A DNA stretch of 63,919 nt, filler included. It is 7 parts of 7 records of this genome, joined end to end, with 100 filler letters (N's around TTAATTAATTAA, not from the genome) between each part and the next. Parts side by side here need not be neighbours in the genome. Positions count along the whole stretch, not along the records: positions 1 to 12,782 come from SRR31156797_6236; 6 more parts are not named here. One strand, written 5' to 3'. This document shows positions 1 through 9,164 of this stretch, piece by piece (position 1 is the stretch's first letter; every line of letters starts with the position of its first letter). Made by a program: the position numbers and the translations under genes. The notes under the pieces were generated by a model. It had not been told where the DNA came from, ran no database searches, and saw nothing but the letters and a program-made list of their open reading frames with translations.

Positions 1-10
1 ACCTATCAAT

Positions 11-48
11 AAAAAAGCAGCAAAGAGATGGTTTCTCTTTGCCGCTTT
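11..48 (-). terminator. Intrinsic terminator of the secreted-protein operon
   Basis: Hairpin AAAGCAGCAAAGAGA-TGGTT-TCTCTTTGCCGCTTT with a minus-strand U-tract, about 20 nt past the stop at 69. Confidence 0.75.
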
Positions 49-68
49 GGGTTTGGGGTGAATCTTTC

Positions 69-497
69 TTACATTCCGAAGGACTGCTGGAATGAGGCGA
101 AGTCGTCCAGGTCAACGTCGTTGTCCTGGTCGAAGTCGAGGCATTCGCAGCCGGTGTTGAGACCTGCGTCGGGACCCCACAGACAGTAGTCGAAGTCTGC
201 GAAGTCGTTGAGGTCTACGTCGTAATCTCCGTCGCAGTCGCCGGGGACGGGTTCAGGGTCCGGGGCTGACAGTGCCCAGAAGCCGCCGGTGAGTTCATAG
301 TTGCCCCCGGTCATGGTGTAGCTCGCGTCCGGCTGGCCGATGGTACCGGAGAGTTCGTAATCCCCTCCGGTAGAGAGGATGGCGCCTCCACCGTCGATCG
401 AGAACCATGGAATATTGAAGTCCGCGGCCAGAACCGTTACCGACAGGCTTATCACCAGGACAGCGGGTGCTGTGATCGTTTTTCTATTGAAAGGCAT
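69..497 (-). CDS. Small secreted protein with a WFSIDGGG...GTIGQPDA...LTGGFW domain and a C-terminal dockerin/EF-hand-like Ca-binding repeat
   Basis: Signal peptide MPFNRK...VLA; GDCDGDYDVDLNDF and DFDQDNDVDLDDF repeats; ATG at 497 preceded by GGAG/AAGGA. Confidence 0.75.
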   Translation of the reverse strand: MPFNRKTITAPAVLVISLSVTVLAADFNIPWFSIDGGGAILSTGGDYELSGTIGQPDASYTMTGGNYELTGGFWALSAPDPEPVPGDCDGDYDVDLNDFADFDYCLWGPDAGLNTGCECLDFDQDNDVDLDDFASFQQSFGM

Positions 498-569
498 TGT
501 TTTTTCCTTTCTCCAGCTGCCCGACAAACGAGCAGCGTGTTATGGTAGTCTGCATCATAGCAGAACCTC

Positions 570-2141
570 TTACTGTTTTTCAATCCGCACATCGTAGCCC
601 TTGTAGGTCATGGGTTTATCGAAAATCAAGGGATCGTTTACCAGTTGGTGCGTCGATCCTGCTTTCATGATCAATGTCGTGTTTTCCGGTGATGAATCGG
701 TTGCATGAACCAGGTTGACGTATGGATCATTCGGAGTACCGTCTCCACTCACGAACAAGCCGGATTCCACGAACCGAACGACACCTTCAGGTGCGATCCG
801 TACCGCGTGACCCTGGTCGTTCGGAAAAACGTCATCGCACGTATACCAGTCGGTCGAACCTCCGCCCCAGCCCATGTTCATGAGGAACTGGGTAGGCGAG
901 ACGTTGTCGTTGTACCCGGCAATCACCCAGGAGTGCCCACCGGAATCACTCTGCCCTTTGAGTTGTACGGGACGATACCACTGGAGTTCATTCATCATGG
1001 TCACTGTGCTGCGTCCCCAGAAGACGACATCCGGATCGTAATCGAAGTATGTTCGATATGACCAGGGAGTGTTGCTTGTAAATGCAGAGGAAGCCCAAAC
1101 ACCATAGTCCATGCCGACAGCTACGCCACAGTGATAACTGATTTCGGCCGCTTCGAGATCGCTTGTCGAGGGTGGATCTGAAGCGTTGAGTGGCATAATG
1201 CTCCAGTTGTACGTTGCTGTTCCGAAATTCACAGAAAAATTCGTGGAATCCGTCGTCATCCTTGACCACAAATTACTGAGAGCGGTTTGGTAATCGCTGT
1301 TGTCTTCGTCTTCATTCTGAGCACCACTATAGAGCGTACCATCCCAGTACCCTTTCATGTGAAGGTAACCTCCGCTCCAATGAAGGCGAGTGATCCAGCT
1401 TCCTGGTAGCTGCGGATCGGTTGCGCATGGCTCAAGCAACCAGATTGTTGAATACCGATAGTCATAAGTTCCGCTTCTGCTCCCACTGCCGGAAGCGGGC
1501 CACTTCCAGTAATACATAATCTGCGCCATGGCGGTGGCAACACAGCCTGTAATCGTATGTTCGTCCGCACCGGGTGTGAGTTCCGGACAATAGTCGCTAA
1601 ACGGAGAGCCTTGTCTCCAGTACGTTTTGACCGGGAGAGTCATATAGGTCGGCGTTCCGCGGAGATCTTTTTCTTCAGCAACCTCGGGGATTTCGCCTGC
1701 GATGAGTTGACCCCATTGGATCGCGCGCTGGTTGAGCAGGTCGCTGTACTGTTCCAGCTCGACAGCGTTCTTTGATTCAGCATCAACGATTTTGAAATAG
1801 CGCGTTGCGATTTCGTCGAGGATGAACTGGTAGTTCGGGTTGGCGGGATCGAACTTTCCCTTTGCGTTGTAGAGATAGACGGGCAGGAGTCGGTCGTCGG
1901 CTCCACAGATGCAGTAGCCGTCGTCCAGGTGGGCGATATACGCGACCGCGACGCCTTCGACCTCGTATGCTTCGAGTTCTTCGATCACTGCGTTTTCGCG
2001 TGCGTCGGCGGTTATGTAGCGGACCCATGTTTCGGCCGCGTCGATCACCTGGCCCTGCTTGATTTCGGCTGCTTGTGTGGCCGACGCCAGAGCTATCGCC
2101 ACGAGCAGGATCGGTACTTTATTGTGTTTGTTTCTGGTCAT
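570..2141 (-). CDS. C10 family (streptopain/SpeB-like) cysteine peptidase with propeptide
   Basis: Signal peptide; W-Q-P motif, TGCVATAMAQIMYYW (catalytic Cys), GGHSWVIAGY (His), MNMGWGG. Confidence 0.9.
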   Translation of the reverse strand: MTRNKHNKVPILLVAIALASATQAAEIKQGQVIDAAETWVRYITADARENAVIEELEAYEVEGVAVAYIAHLDDGYCICGADDRLLPVYLYNAKGKFDPANPNYQFILDEIATRYFKIVDAESKNAVELEQYSDLLNQRAIQWGQLIAGEIPEVAEEKDLRGTPTYMTLPVKTYWRQGSPFSDYCPELTPGADEHTITGCVATAMAQIMYYWKWPASGSGSRSGTYDYRYSTIWLLEPCATDPQLPGSWITRLHWSGGYLHMKGYWDGTLYSGAQNEDEDNSDYQTALSNLWSRMTTDSTNFSVNFGTATYNWSIMPLNASDPPSTSDLEAAEISYHCGVAVGMDYGVWASSAFTSNTPWSYRTYFDYDPDVVFWGRSTVTMMNELQWYRPVQLKGQSDSGGHSWVIAGYNDNVSPTQFLMNMGWGGGSTDWYTCDDVFPNDQGHAVRIAPEGVVRFVESGLFVSGDGTPNDPYVNLVHATDSSPENTTLIMKAGSTHQLVNDPLIFDKPMTYKGYDVRIEKQ

Positions 2142-2168
2142 GATTGCACCTCCATTGCTGGTTGCGAT

Positions 2169-4724
2169 TTACTGAAGGTTGACCAGGACCAGCACCATGC
2201 CGGTCTGTCCTTTTTCGAGCTTGCTCATGGCTTTGCCGATGACGGCACCGTGGGCACGCGTGAAGTCCGTAACGGGCATTGCGTAACCGGCTTTATCCGA
2301 TGTGGTCAGCATGTCACCGGGCTGAACCGCCTGCAGTGAAGCATCGCACTTGACCCACACTCTCCCGCTCAGGGCTACAGGCTGCGAATTGGTTGACCCC
2401 GGAAGATCGGCAAGCACCATGCCGACGTCGACACCGTTGGCGCCACTGACGACACCCGCGACGCGGCGGTTGTATTGTCCTTTGGCGATTCGGAGTTTGC
2501 CGGGGTTGTCGGGATCGATTTCGACGACGGTTCCGGGTTCGGCTTCCCTGTCTGTGACGTCAAAGTTTTCGGCGAGGTCGGAACCTCCCATGATCTCAAG
2601 GATGTCGACCTTGGTCGTGCCTTCGCTTCCGTCAACATGGAAGACCAGGTTCGACGTATTGTATTCGTAAACCCGGACATCACCGGAGAATCGCCCTGCA
2701 GAAGACGGGCTTTTTGCGTAGATTGCGTACCAGGGGGCTTCGGCCCAGATAGCGACACCCTCGCCGCCTTCGGCGACTGCTTTCACGGCTTCTGCGTAAT
2801 CGCCCGTGACGTGAGCGTAGACGCCGGAGCCACTTGAGCTGTTTGTTTCGAACCAGCCACCGTAGGTTTCATTGCCGCTGATTGCGCCGGCAGAACCCTT
2901 CACGCCGTAACAGTTTGTGCCTGAACTGCTGAATCTTGCTCCGTTTCCTGCTGAAGAACCATATACGGCAGTCCCCGTCGAACTGCTGCTGTATCCGCGA
3001 ATTGAGGTTCCATCTGACGTAACATAAATGCCCATGCCATTACTCCCAGTCGCACTGAAGTATCCGGCTGCGGCATCGCTATCCGACGAGGGATTGTCGA
3101 GCTTGGCGCTGATCGCATGCGATGACATCCCGGATCCGGTGTTGGTCACTTTAAATGCGGCGGTTGAGCTGGAGACTGTCCCGTCATAGGGAAGTGAGAA
3201 ACCGCTTCCGCCCGTTGATTCCTGCCAGGTTCCGACACCGCTGGAATCGCAGGTAAGGACATATCCGGCGGAGGCTCCTCCATCGAGCTGGAAGCCATTC
3301 ATGCGAACGGTTCCATTGACGTCGAGTTTCTCGGTCGGGCTGGTTGTGCCGATGCCGACATCGCCGGAGAAGTACCCCTTGCCGTAGAAGTAACCACCCC
3401 ATCCAGTGCTGCAACTACCATAGACACCGTATCCGCCGTTACTATTGTATCCGTAGACACCGCGGCCGGACGAGCTGGAGGATCTTCCGTACAGGCCGTA
3501 CGTGGTTCCTGTTGTTGCAGTAGACGTACCATAGATGGCTCGTCCGCCCGTGCCCGATGTTGATGCATAAAGCCCATATGCGGTACCGGTTGCCTGCGTG
3601 TTCGTGACATACGCCGTTCGGGAACTACTTGTCGTTACTTCAAGGGGATATGACGGGCTGGATGTTCCGATGCCGACATCGCCTGTTGTGTACCAGGCAT
3701 CTGTGCCATCGGTTTCCCAGACGGTTTCACCTCCACCCGTAGGGGGAGCCTGCCAGGTTCCGAAGCCTGAAGCATTTGCGGTGAGGACGTGCCCGGGTGT
3801 CGCAGATTCGCCGATCTGGATGGCAGACATCTTGGCTGTTCCCGCGACATGAAGCATCTGGTCGGGATCGTCGGTTCCGATGCCGAGGTAGTTTTCAAAG
3901 AAGCCTTTTCCTTCGAAGTAGCCGCCGAATCCTTCCGTGCTTGAGGTTACGCCATGAACCGCTATTGCAGGTCCCGTAGTGGCGGTGTTTTTGCCGAAGA
4001 CGCCTGCTCCATCAGGAGTTCGTGTTTCACCAACAACTCCCCTAGCAGTACCTGTCAGCGTGTCACCATATCCATGCACACCATATCCGTTGATATTGGT
4101 AGTTGCTCCATACACACCATAGTATCCCTCGCCGTGAACGCCGGCGTATTCGGAGCCGAGGTGTCCAATGGTGTTTTCTCCCTCGCACTGTCCCGTGACG
4201 GCATAGGTGCTCGATTCAATGACATGCAATCGCGAATTGGGGCTGCTGGTGCCTACCCCAACTTTTCCATCGGAATAATAGATGCCTCCTGTTGTGGGGT
4301 TCCATGGAGAATCACCGCCACCGCTTGCACAATCCAATGCATAGAGGGCAAAGGGTGCGGGCGTGATGGGCTGCCGGGTGCCGAGCGTAACCGCGGGGCT
4401 TCCTTTCGGGACAGACACTTCGATTTCCATCCAGTAGGTTGTGCCGTCGAAAACGCCGGGGCCGAAATCGACGTAGGCGTTGAACTTGCCTTCAACAAAA
4501 TCGACTCCGATAGCCCAGGTTTCATAGACCATTGTTCCATGGATCGACGACGTGTACAGCATGAAGTGCAGGTCGCCGTTGTCTGTAACGGGTTCGCCAC
4601 GGAAGTTGAGTTCACCCTGGTAGGTGAAGCCGCTCAATTGTGCCTGTGCCAGCGACGTGCATACACAGACCGCCAGCAATGTGACCAGAACCATCCACGT
4701 TCGTTTTTCGCTTTCCATCATCAA
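2169..4724 (-). CDS. Secreted Gly/Thr-rich fibre-like protein with N-terminal FTYQG domain, VGIGT repeats and a C-terminal intramolecular-chaperone/autoproteolysis-like domain
   Basis: Signal peptide; GFTYQGEL; repeated (V/L)G(I/V)GTxxP and GVYG motifs; C-terminal GGSDLAENF...VAGVVS...PVALSGRV.VK...PGDMLTTS...IGKAM. Confidence 0.7.
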   Translation of the reverse strand: MMMESEKRTWMVLVTLLAVCVCTSLAQAQLSGFTYQGELNFRGEPVTDNGDLHFMLYTSSIHGTMVYETWAIGVDFVEGKFNAYVDFGPGVFDGTTYWMEIEVSVPKGSPAVTLGTRQPITPAPFALYALDCASGGGDSPWNPTTGGIYYSDGKVGVGTSSPNSRLHVIESSTYAVTGQCEGENTIGHLGSEYAGVHGEGYYGVYGATTNINGYGVHGYGDTLTGTARGVVGETRTPDGAGVFGKNTATTGPAIAVHGVTSSTEGFGGYFEGKGFFENYLGIGTDDPDQMLHVAGTAKMSAIQIGESATPGHVLTANASGFGTWQAPPTGGGETVWETDGTDAWYTTGDVGIGTSSPSYPLEVTTSSSRTAYVTNTQATGTAYGLYASTSGTGGRAIYGTSTATTGTTYGLYGRSSSSSGRGVYGYNSNGGYGVYGSCSTGWGGYFYGKGYFSGDVGIGTTSPTEKLDVNGTVRMNGFQLDGGASAGYVLTCDSSGVGTWQESTGGSGFSLPYDGTVSSSTAAFKVTNTGSGMSSHAISAKLDNPSSDSDAAAGYFSATGSNGMGIYVTSDGTSIRGYSSSSTGTAVYGSSAGNGARFSSSGTNCYGVKGSAGAISGNETYGGWFETNSSSGSGVYAHVTGDYAEAVKAVAEGGEGVAIWAEAPWYAIYAKSPSSAGRFSGDVRVYEYNTSNLVFHVDGSEGTTKVDILEIMGGSDLAENFDVTDREAEPGTVVEIDPDNPGKLRIAKGQYNRRVAGVVSGANGVDVGMVLADLPGSTNSQPVALSGRVWVKCDASLQAVQPGDMLTTSDKAGYAMPVTDFTRAHGAVIGKAMSKLEKGQTGMVLVLVNLQ

Positions 4725-5113
4725 TCTCCTTCTTCTGTGATTTCTGTCTCAGACCTGGATTGTTTATTTCTGGAGGTGTCCTGCTTCCCGACTCCTCGTG
4801 TCCACTTTTCTGCTTCCGGGTATGGATTCCGCTGTCAGAGTCTGCGGCTACGCACCCTTGCGACAATGCGCAAGGGAATGCGCAAAAAGAATTCGAAAAA
4901 GCAGAAAAACCTGATTCGTCCTGGTCCCAGTGTGTTGATTGTGTTTGCATCCGGACAATGAAGTGATCGCGTGTCCAGACAATATTCCCTGCTTCAGTCG
5001 ATAAGAATCATGGTACTGAGTCTCAGGAGCAATACAAGTTGCCAGAACCAAAAGCCTGTTTGAAGTGAAGCTTCATTCGGCAATGCTTTGAGATGTGACA
5101 ATTTATGGCTTAT

Positions 5114-5147
5114 AAAAAGGCACCAGTTTTCTATGACTGGTGCCTTT
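5114..5147 (-). terminator. Intrinsic terminator after the Tes-like gene
   Basis: AAAGGCACCAGT-tttctatg-ACTGGTGCCTTT hairpin with a minus-strand U-tract. Confidence 0.8.
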
Positions 5148-5173
5148 GAAATTTCAAGTGTTTAGAGAACCGG

Positions 5174-7186
5174 TTATCCGAGTTTTCCTTCCCAGGGCTG
5201 GACGGCGTCCGGGTGTGCTGCGGGGCGGATCGGAATTTCCGGGTTTTCCATTTTCCACTGTTCGGACGGGACGGCGAGCATGTCCTCGATGAACGGGCGG
5301 AAGGTCGGTCCGCCATTGATCGCACAGAACGGATAGAAGCCATCCGGAGTGGAGTACTGAATGACGCATCGCTTGACACGTTCGGTATCGTAGTTGTAGC
5401 GGTCCATGAAGTGCATACCCGCAGCCATGAGTGTTTTGTAGGATTTCCTTTCACCATCGCCGCGACCGTACTTCTTGTTGGTCAGGCCGAGCAGGGCGCG
5501 AATGAACGTCATCGGGCCGATGCGTTTGTCGCGGGCGGACCAGCGATAGTTTTTGGCGAACTTCCATGCGATCCGATAGGTGTCGAGCTTTGTTGCCTTA
5601 TCGCGTTTTGCACCGATCTTGAGTGCGTAGTCGTTGAAGTCCTTCATCAACTTGTAGAAGTTGAAGAGCGACGGGATGGGAATCGCTTCCTTTTCCGGTG
5701 TGACGAAGTAGTAGGTTCCGAAGGCGCAGTCGCTGTGGCAGCTTGCACGGATTTTCGGCTTACCGTCCATCAACTGCATTACGCGGGATAACGGGGACAT
5801 GACACCCAGGGGCAGGAAGTCGCGTTCGATGTCACACCCACATTCGTCAACCAGGGTATGAGCGAGATCACCAAGAGTGTATCGCTGGGCTTCGCGATCC
5901 CGCTGGTTGATTCGTCCGCAGAATGAAACCGGCTGGTATGCAATTGCGCTGATGGCATCAACATGATCGACAGCATAGCGGAAGATGTCGCCAACCAGGT
6001 GATCGTTCACGCCCTTGACGATGGTCGGAACGAGGCAGATCTTCATGCCTGTGCGTTTGCAGTTTTCCACGACCTGCTGCTTGTACTCCCAGACATCTTC
6101 GCCGCGGAGTTTTTTATGGATCTCGGCGTTGGGGCCGTCGAACTGCATATATAATGTATGCAGCCCTGCTTCGGCGGATCGCTTTGCGAATTCATAGTTG
6201 GCGTGGGTGATGCCGTTGGTTGCAATCTGGATGTGGCTGAATCCCATCTCGGTTGCTTTGGCGACGATGCGGTGGAAGTCCGGGTGGATCGTGGGTTCGC
6301 CGCCTGTAAACTGGATCGCGGTTGACGGATAGGGTCGGATGTTGCGGAGCGCCTGCATCATTTCGACGACCATCTCATAGGATGGCTGTGAGACTTTTCC
6401 CGCTGCACTGGCGCTGGCGAAGCAGATCGGGCAGGCGAGATTGCATCGATTGGTCAGGTCGATCTGCGGAAGGACCGGACCCGAGAGGTGCTGGCCGCAG
6501 CCACCACAATCGCTGGGGCAATGTTTGCCGTCGCGGACGGGTGGCTTTTTCATTCCGCGTTCATCCTGGAAGGTGGATTTAGCGGAGTGGATGTAGAGTT
6601 TCGCGTCGGTGAAGATTTTGTCCCGGCAGTAGCCATGCTCGGGGCAGGTTTTTTCCATCCAGACGTCGCCGTCCATCTCGAAGTATCGGCCGAGAATGAT
6701 GGCGGAGCATTCCGGGCAAAGGGTTTCGACGGTTCGCGGGAGGTTCTTCAGCGGTGGCTTGATTTTTGCACCAGTGTGGGTGGTTTCCGGCTGGTGCGGA
6801 TGGAAGTCGGGCATCTTTTTGACGAACATTGCGTCGTCGTGCTTTTCCCTGTGGGTATTGCACTGCGGGCAATCGTACTCAAGGTAGACGGCATCTTCGG
6901 ACTCTTCATAAATATACTTCGAATCGACCAGTCGACCACATTTACAGCAGGTGGCTTCGCAGGTGATGGGGAGTCCGTGGTCTACCGGGTGGTGCTTTCG
7001 CATCGCAAGCTTGTACTGTTCGAGTTCGGTCCGGGCGGTTTCGGGACTGACGGTCTCTCTGCCGATCTGGGTGAATGGACGATACACAATGCCGGAATGT
7101 TGTCTGCCATCTTCATGCTGCGAGGATTCATCTAACTGCGGGGTAGAAGAGTCCGTGGCTTGATACTCGTCCAAATGTTTCATCAT
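5174..7186 (-). CDS. tes: Radical SAM protein of the tetraether lipid synthase (Tes/GDGT-MAS, MJ0619-like) family, with an extra N-terminal metal-binding repeat
   Basis: LCPEC...KTCPEHG rubredoxin-like site; CPSDCGGCGQH; IDLTNRCNLACPICFA (CxxxCxxC); QFTGGEPT, ATNG, YMQFDG, VPTIVKGVND, QPVSFCGR, CHSDC, MHFMDRYNYD..RVKRC, PFC. ATG at 7186 with SD AAGGGAG. Confidence 0.88.
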   Translation of the reverse strand: MMKHLDEYQATDSSTPQLDESSQHEDGRQHSGIVYRPFTQIGRETVSPETARTELEQYKLAMRKHHPVDHGLPITCEATCCKCGRLVDSKYIYEESEDAVYLEYDCPQCNTHREKHDDAMFVKKMPDFHPHQPETTHTGAKIKPPLKNLPRTVETLCPECSAIILGRYFEMDGDVWMEKTCPEHGYCRDKIFTDAKLYIHSAKSTFQDERGMKKPPVRDGKHCPSDCGGCGQHLSGPVLPQIDLTNRCNLACPICFASASAAGKVSQPSYEMVVEMMQALRNIRPYPSTAIQFTGGEPTIHPDFHRIVAKATEMGFSHIQIATNGITHANYEFAKRSAEAGLHTLYMQFDGPNAEIHKKLRGEDVWEYKQQVVENCKRTGMKICLVPTIVKGVNDHLVGDIFRYAVDHVDAISAIAYQPVSFCGRINQRDREAQRYTLGDLAHTLVDECGCDIERDFLPLGVMSPLSRVMQLMDGKPKIRASCHSDCAFGTYYFVTPEKEAIPIPSLFNFYKLMKDFNDYALKIGAKRDKATKLDTYRIAWKFAKNYRWSARDKRIGPMTFIRALLGLTNKKYGRGDGERKSYKTLMAAGMHFMDRYNYDTERVKRCVIQYSTPDGFYPFCAINGGPTFRPFIEDMLAVPSEQWKMENPEIPIRPAAHPDAVQPWEGKLG

Positions 7187-7489
7187 GGATACTCCCTTGC
7201 ATGCAATCGTACCCCGTACTGACCGCGCGATCCGGGGAAACGTTAGAACCCAACCCACCTATCCGGAAAACCTTCCACTTGATGCCAACGCTGTATAACC
7301 AATGCATCAGGAAAACCCGAGTTTCCGGGAGGAATATGGAACATTATAGTGTTTTTCCTCCAACTTCGCATCCCCTGGCGGGTCAGATGGGATATCACAA
7401 GTATTTGCCGAAACGGGGCGGTCTGGGTATAAAGCGGGCCAATGATTTCGGGTTGACCCATGAAATGGGTACCTACAGGAGTGGTTTTC

Positions 7490-8254
7490 GTGTTAAAGAA
7501 GCCTTTGTTCATACTCACTGTGCTGTCCGTGATGGTTTGTCTGACTGGATGCAATGAGCCTGTCGGGTCACAGACGATTGTCTTTCTTGATGGAGCCGGC
7601 AACTATACGGCCAGTGATGACGTTGAAGAAGGCATGCGTCAGGCTGGCTACATGGGAAGCTTTCAGACGCACCAGTGGAGCTCCTTCATGCTCTGGGCGG
7701 TCGATCATTTTGTCCTTGCCCAGACAGAGATCCCCGGCGAGCAGCTTGCTGAGAAAATCATTGACTACAAGCGCGAGTTTCCGCATGGGCGCTTATCGCT
7801 GATGGGGCTGTCGGCGGGAACGTCTGTGATTATTTCCGCACTTGAACAGTTGCCACGCGGAATGCAGGTGGATTACGTTGTGTTTCTGCAATCCTCAGCA
7901 TCAAGCCGGCATGATCTGCGCAAGGCGATGGAGCATGTCCGGTATCGTCTCTATAACACGGTCAGTCCCCGGGATCTGATTCTAAAATCGATTCCTCTAA
8001 ATGCTGACGGGCTGCGGGGATCTCCAGCTGGCCTGGCTGGCTTCCGAGTGCCTGCTGGTTTATCAAAACTGGATCGTGAGGCTTACAAGCGTGTGATCAA
8101 TCTTCCGCTTCGTCCCGGGTATGCGGCCTGGGGCTGGACGGGCGGGCATGTCCAGGTGACTGAGGCGGCGTTTATCCGCAGTGTCATCGCGCCGCGCATC
8201 CTTTCTGCCGAAGAATTTCCGCTGGATATTCCGGTACTGTCCAAAAGGAGATAG
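7490..8254 (+). CDS. Alpha/beta-hydrolase-fold lipoprotein
   Basis: Lipobox LTGC; FLDGAG oxyanion-like motif; GLSAG nucleophile elbow; C-terminal GGH. GTG start after AGGAG (alternative start 7460). Confidence 0.65.
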   Translation: MLKKPLFILTVLSVMVCLTGCNEPVGSQTIVFLDGAGNYTASDDVEEGMRQAGYMGSFQTHQWSSFMLWAVDHFVLAQTEIPGEQLAEKIIDYKREFPHGRLSLMGLSAGTSVIISALEQLPRGMQVDYVVFLQSSASSRHDLRKAMEHVRYRLYNTVSPRDLILKSIPLNADGLRGSPAGLAGFRVPAGLSKLDREAYKRVINLPLRPGYAAWGWTGGHVQVTEAAFIRSVIAPRILSAEEFPLDIPVLSKRR

Positions 8255-8315
8255 CCTGGGATTGCGGTGGCGGTCTTCTTGATCCGGTAGAGTACTGGGC
8301 GTACATTCCTGATTG

Positions 8316-9083
8316 ATGTCAAAACAGAAGCCAACCTGGTTGCTGGCGCTGGGGCGCGATGACTTCCCTGAAACGATTGAAGCGGGAGGTTCTACGTATC
8401 GCCTTACCCAGCCTTTCAAGCATGATTTTTTTGCCGCGACAGCGAAGTATGAAGGGGATGCCGGAAAGGTTGTCGCGAAGTTCGGGCGACGGATCAGCAT
8501 GTTCGGGTTGCCGATGCACTGGATCGGTACATGGCTGACGCGGCGGGAAGCCCGGATGTACAGAGCGCTTGCCGACATGGATACGGTGCCGGAGTTGATT
8601 GATCTGGTTGACGGAAATCTTCTTGTCCATGAATACATCGAAGGACATCCGCTGGAGAAAGGCGAGTATGTTCCGGATGATTATTTTGGTCTTCTTCGTG
8701 CGGCGGTTGAAGAGATTCATTCTCGCGACATGGCGTACGTCGATCTGGAAAAGTGCGAGAATGTGCTGGTCGGAGATGATGGGAAACCTTACCTGTTTGA
8801 TTTCCAGATCGCGTTTCACTGGCCGAAGAAATATGGCGGGAACCTGTGGCCCGCGCGATACCTGCTCCGGAAATTCCAGCGCGGGGACTGGTATCATGTC
8901 ACGAAGCTGCAGCGAAGGACGCGGAAAGATCAATTATCGCAGGAAGAGCTGGATGCTTCTTATCGCAAGCCGTGGTATATCCATGTTCATCGCTGGATGA
9001 TTTATCCATTCCAGACGGTTCGTCGTGCGGTGCTGAATCGAATTGATCCGAAGCGTGGGGGTGAACGTGGTCGCGTGAAGTAA
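8316..9083 (+). CDS. Protein-kinase-like (RIO/Kdo-WaaP-like) phosphotransferase
   Basis: VVAK lysine, REARMY helix-C Glu, YVDLEKCENVLV catalytic loop, LFDFQ metal-binding motif. Confidence 0.7.
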   Translation: MSKQKPTWLLALGRDDFPETIEAGGSTYRLTQPFKHDFFAATAKYEGDAGKVVAKFGRRISMFGLPMHWIGTWLTRREARMYRALADMDTVPELIDLVDGNLLVHEYIEGHPLEKGEYVPDDYFGLLRAAVEEIHSRDMAYVDLEKCENVLVGDDGKPYLFDFQIAFHWPKKYGGNLWPARYLLRKFQRGDWYHVTKLQRRTRKDQLSQEELDASYRKPWYIHVHRWMIYPFQTVRRAVLNRIDPKRGGERGRVK

Positions 9084-9109
9084 GAAGTAAACGGAATATG
9101 ACATAAGAA

Positions 9110-9141
9110 GAAGGGCGACCTCGATGGGCCGCCCTTTTTTT
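9110..9141 (+). terminator. Intrinsic terminator between convergent genes
   Basis: AAGGGCG-acctcgatgggc-CGCCCTT followed by a T-run. Confidence 0.75.
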
Positions 9142-9164
9142 ATGTAAAACCAGGTTTTCGACTT

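Noticed and set aside
4857-4890. AATGCGCAA direct repeat upstream of the secreted-protein operon
   Set aside because: Only two short copies and no supporting regulator; could be chance.
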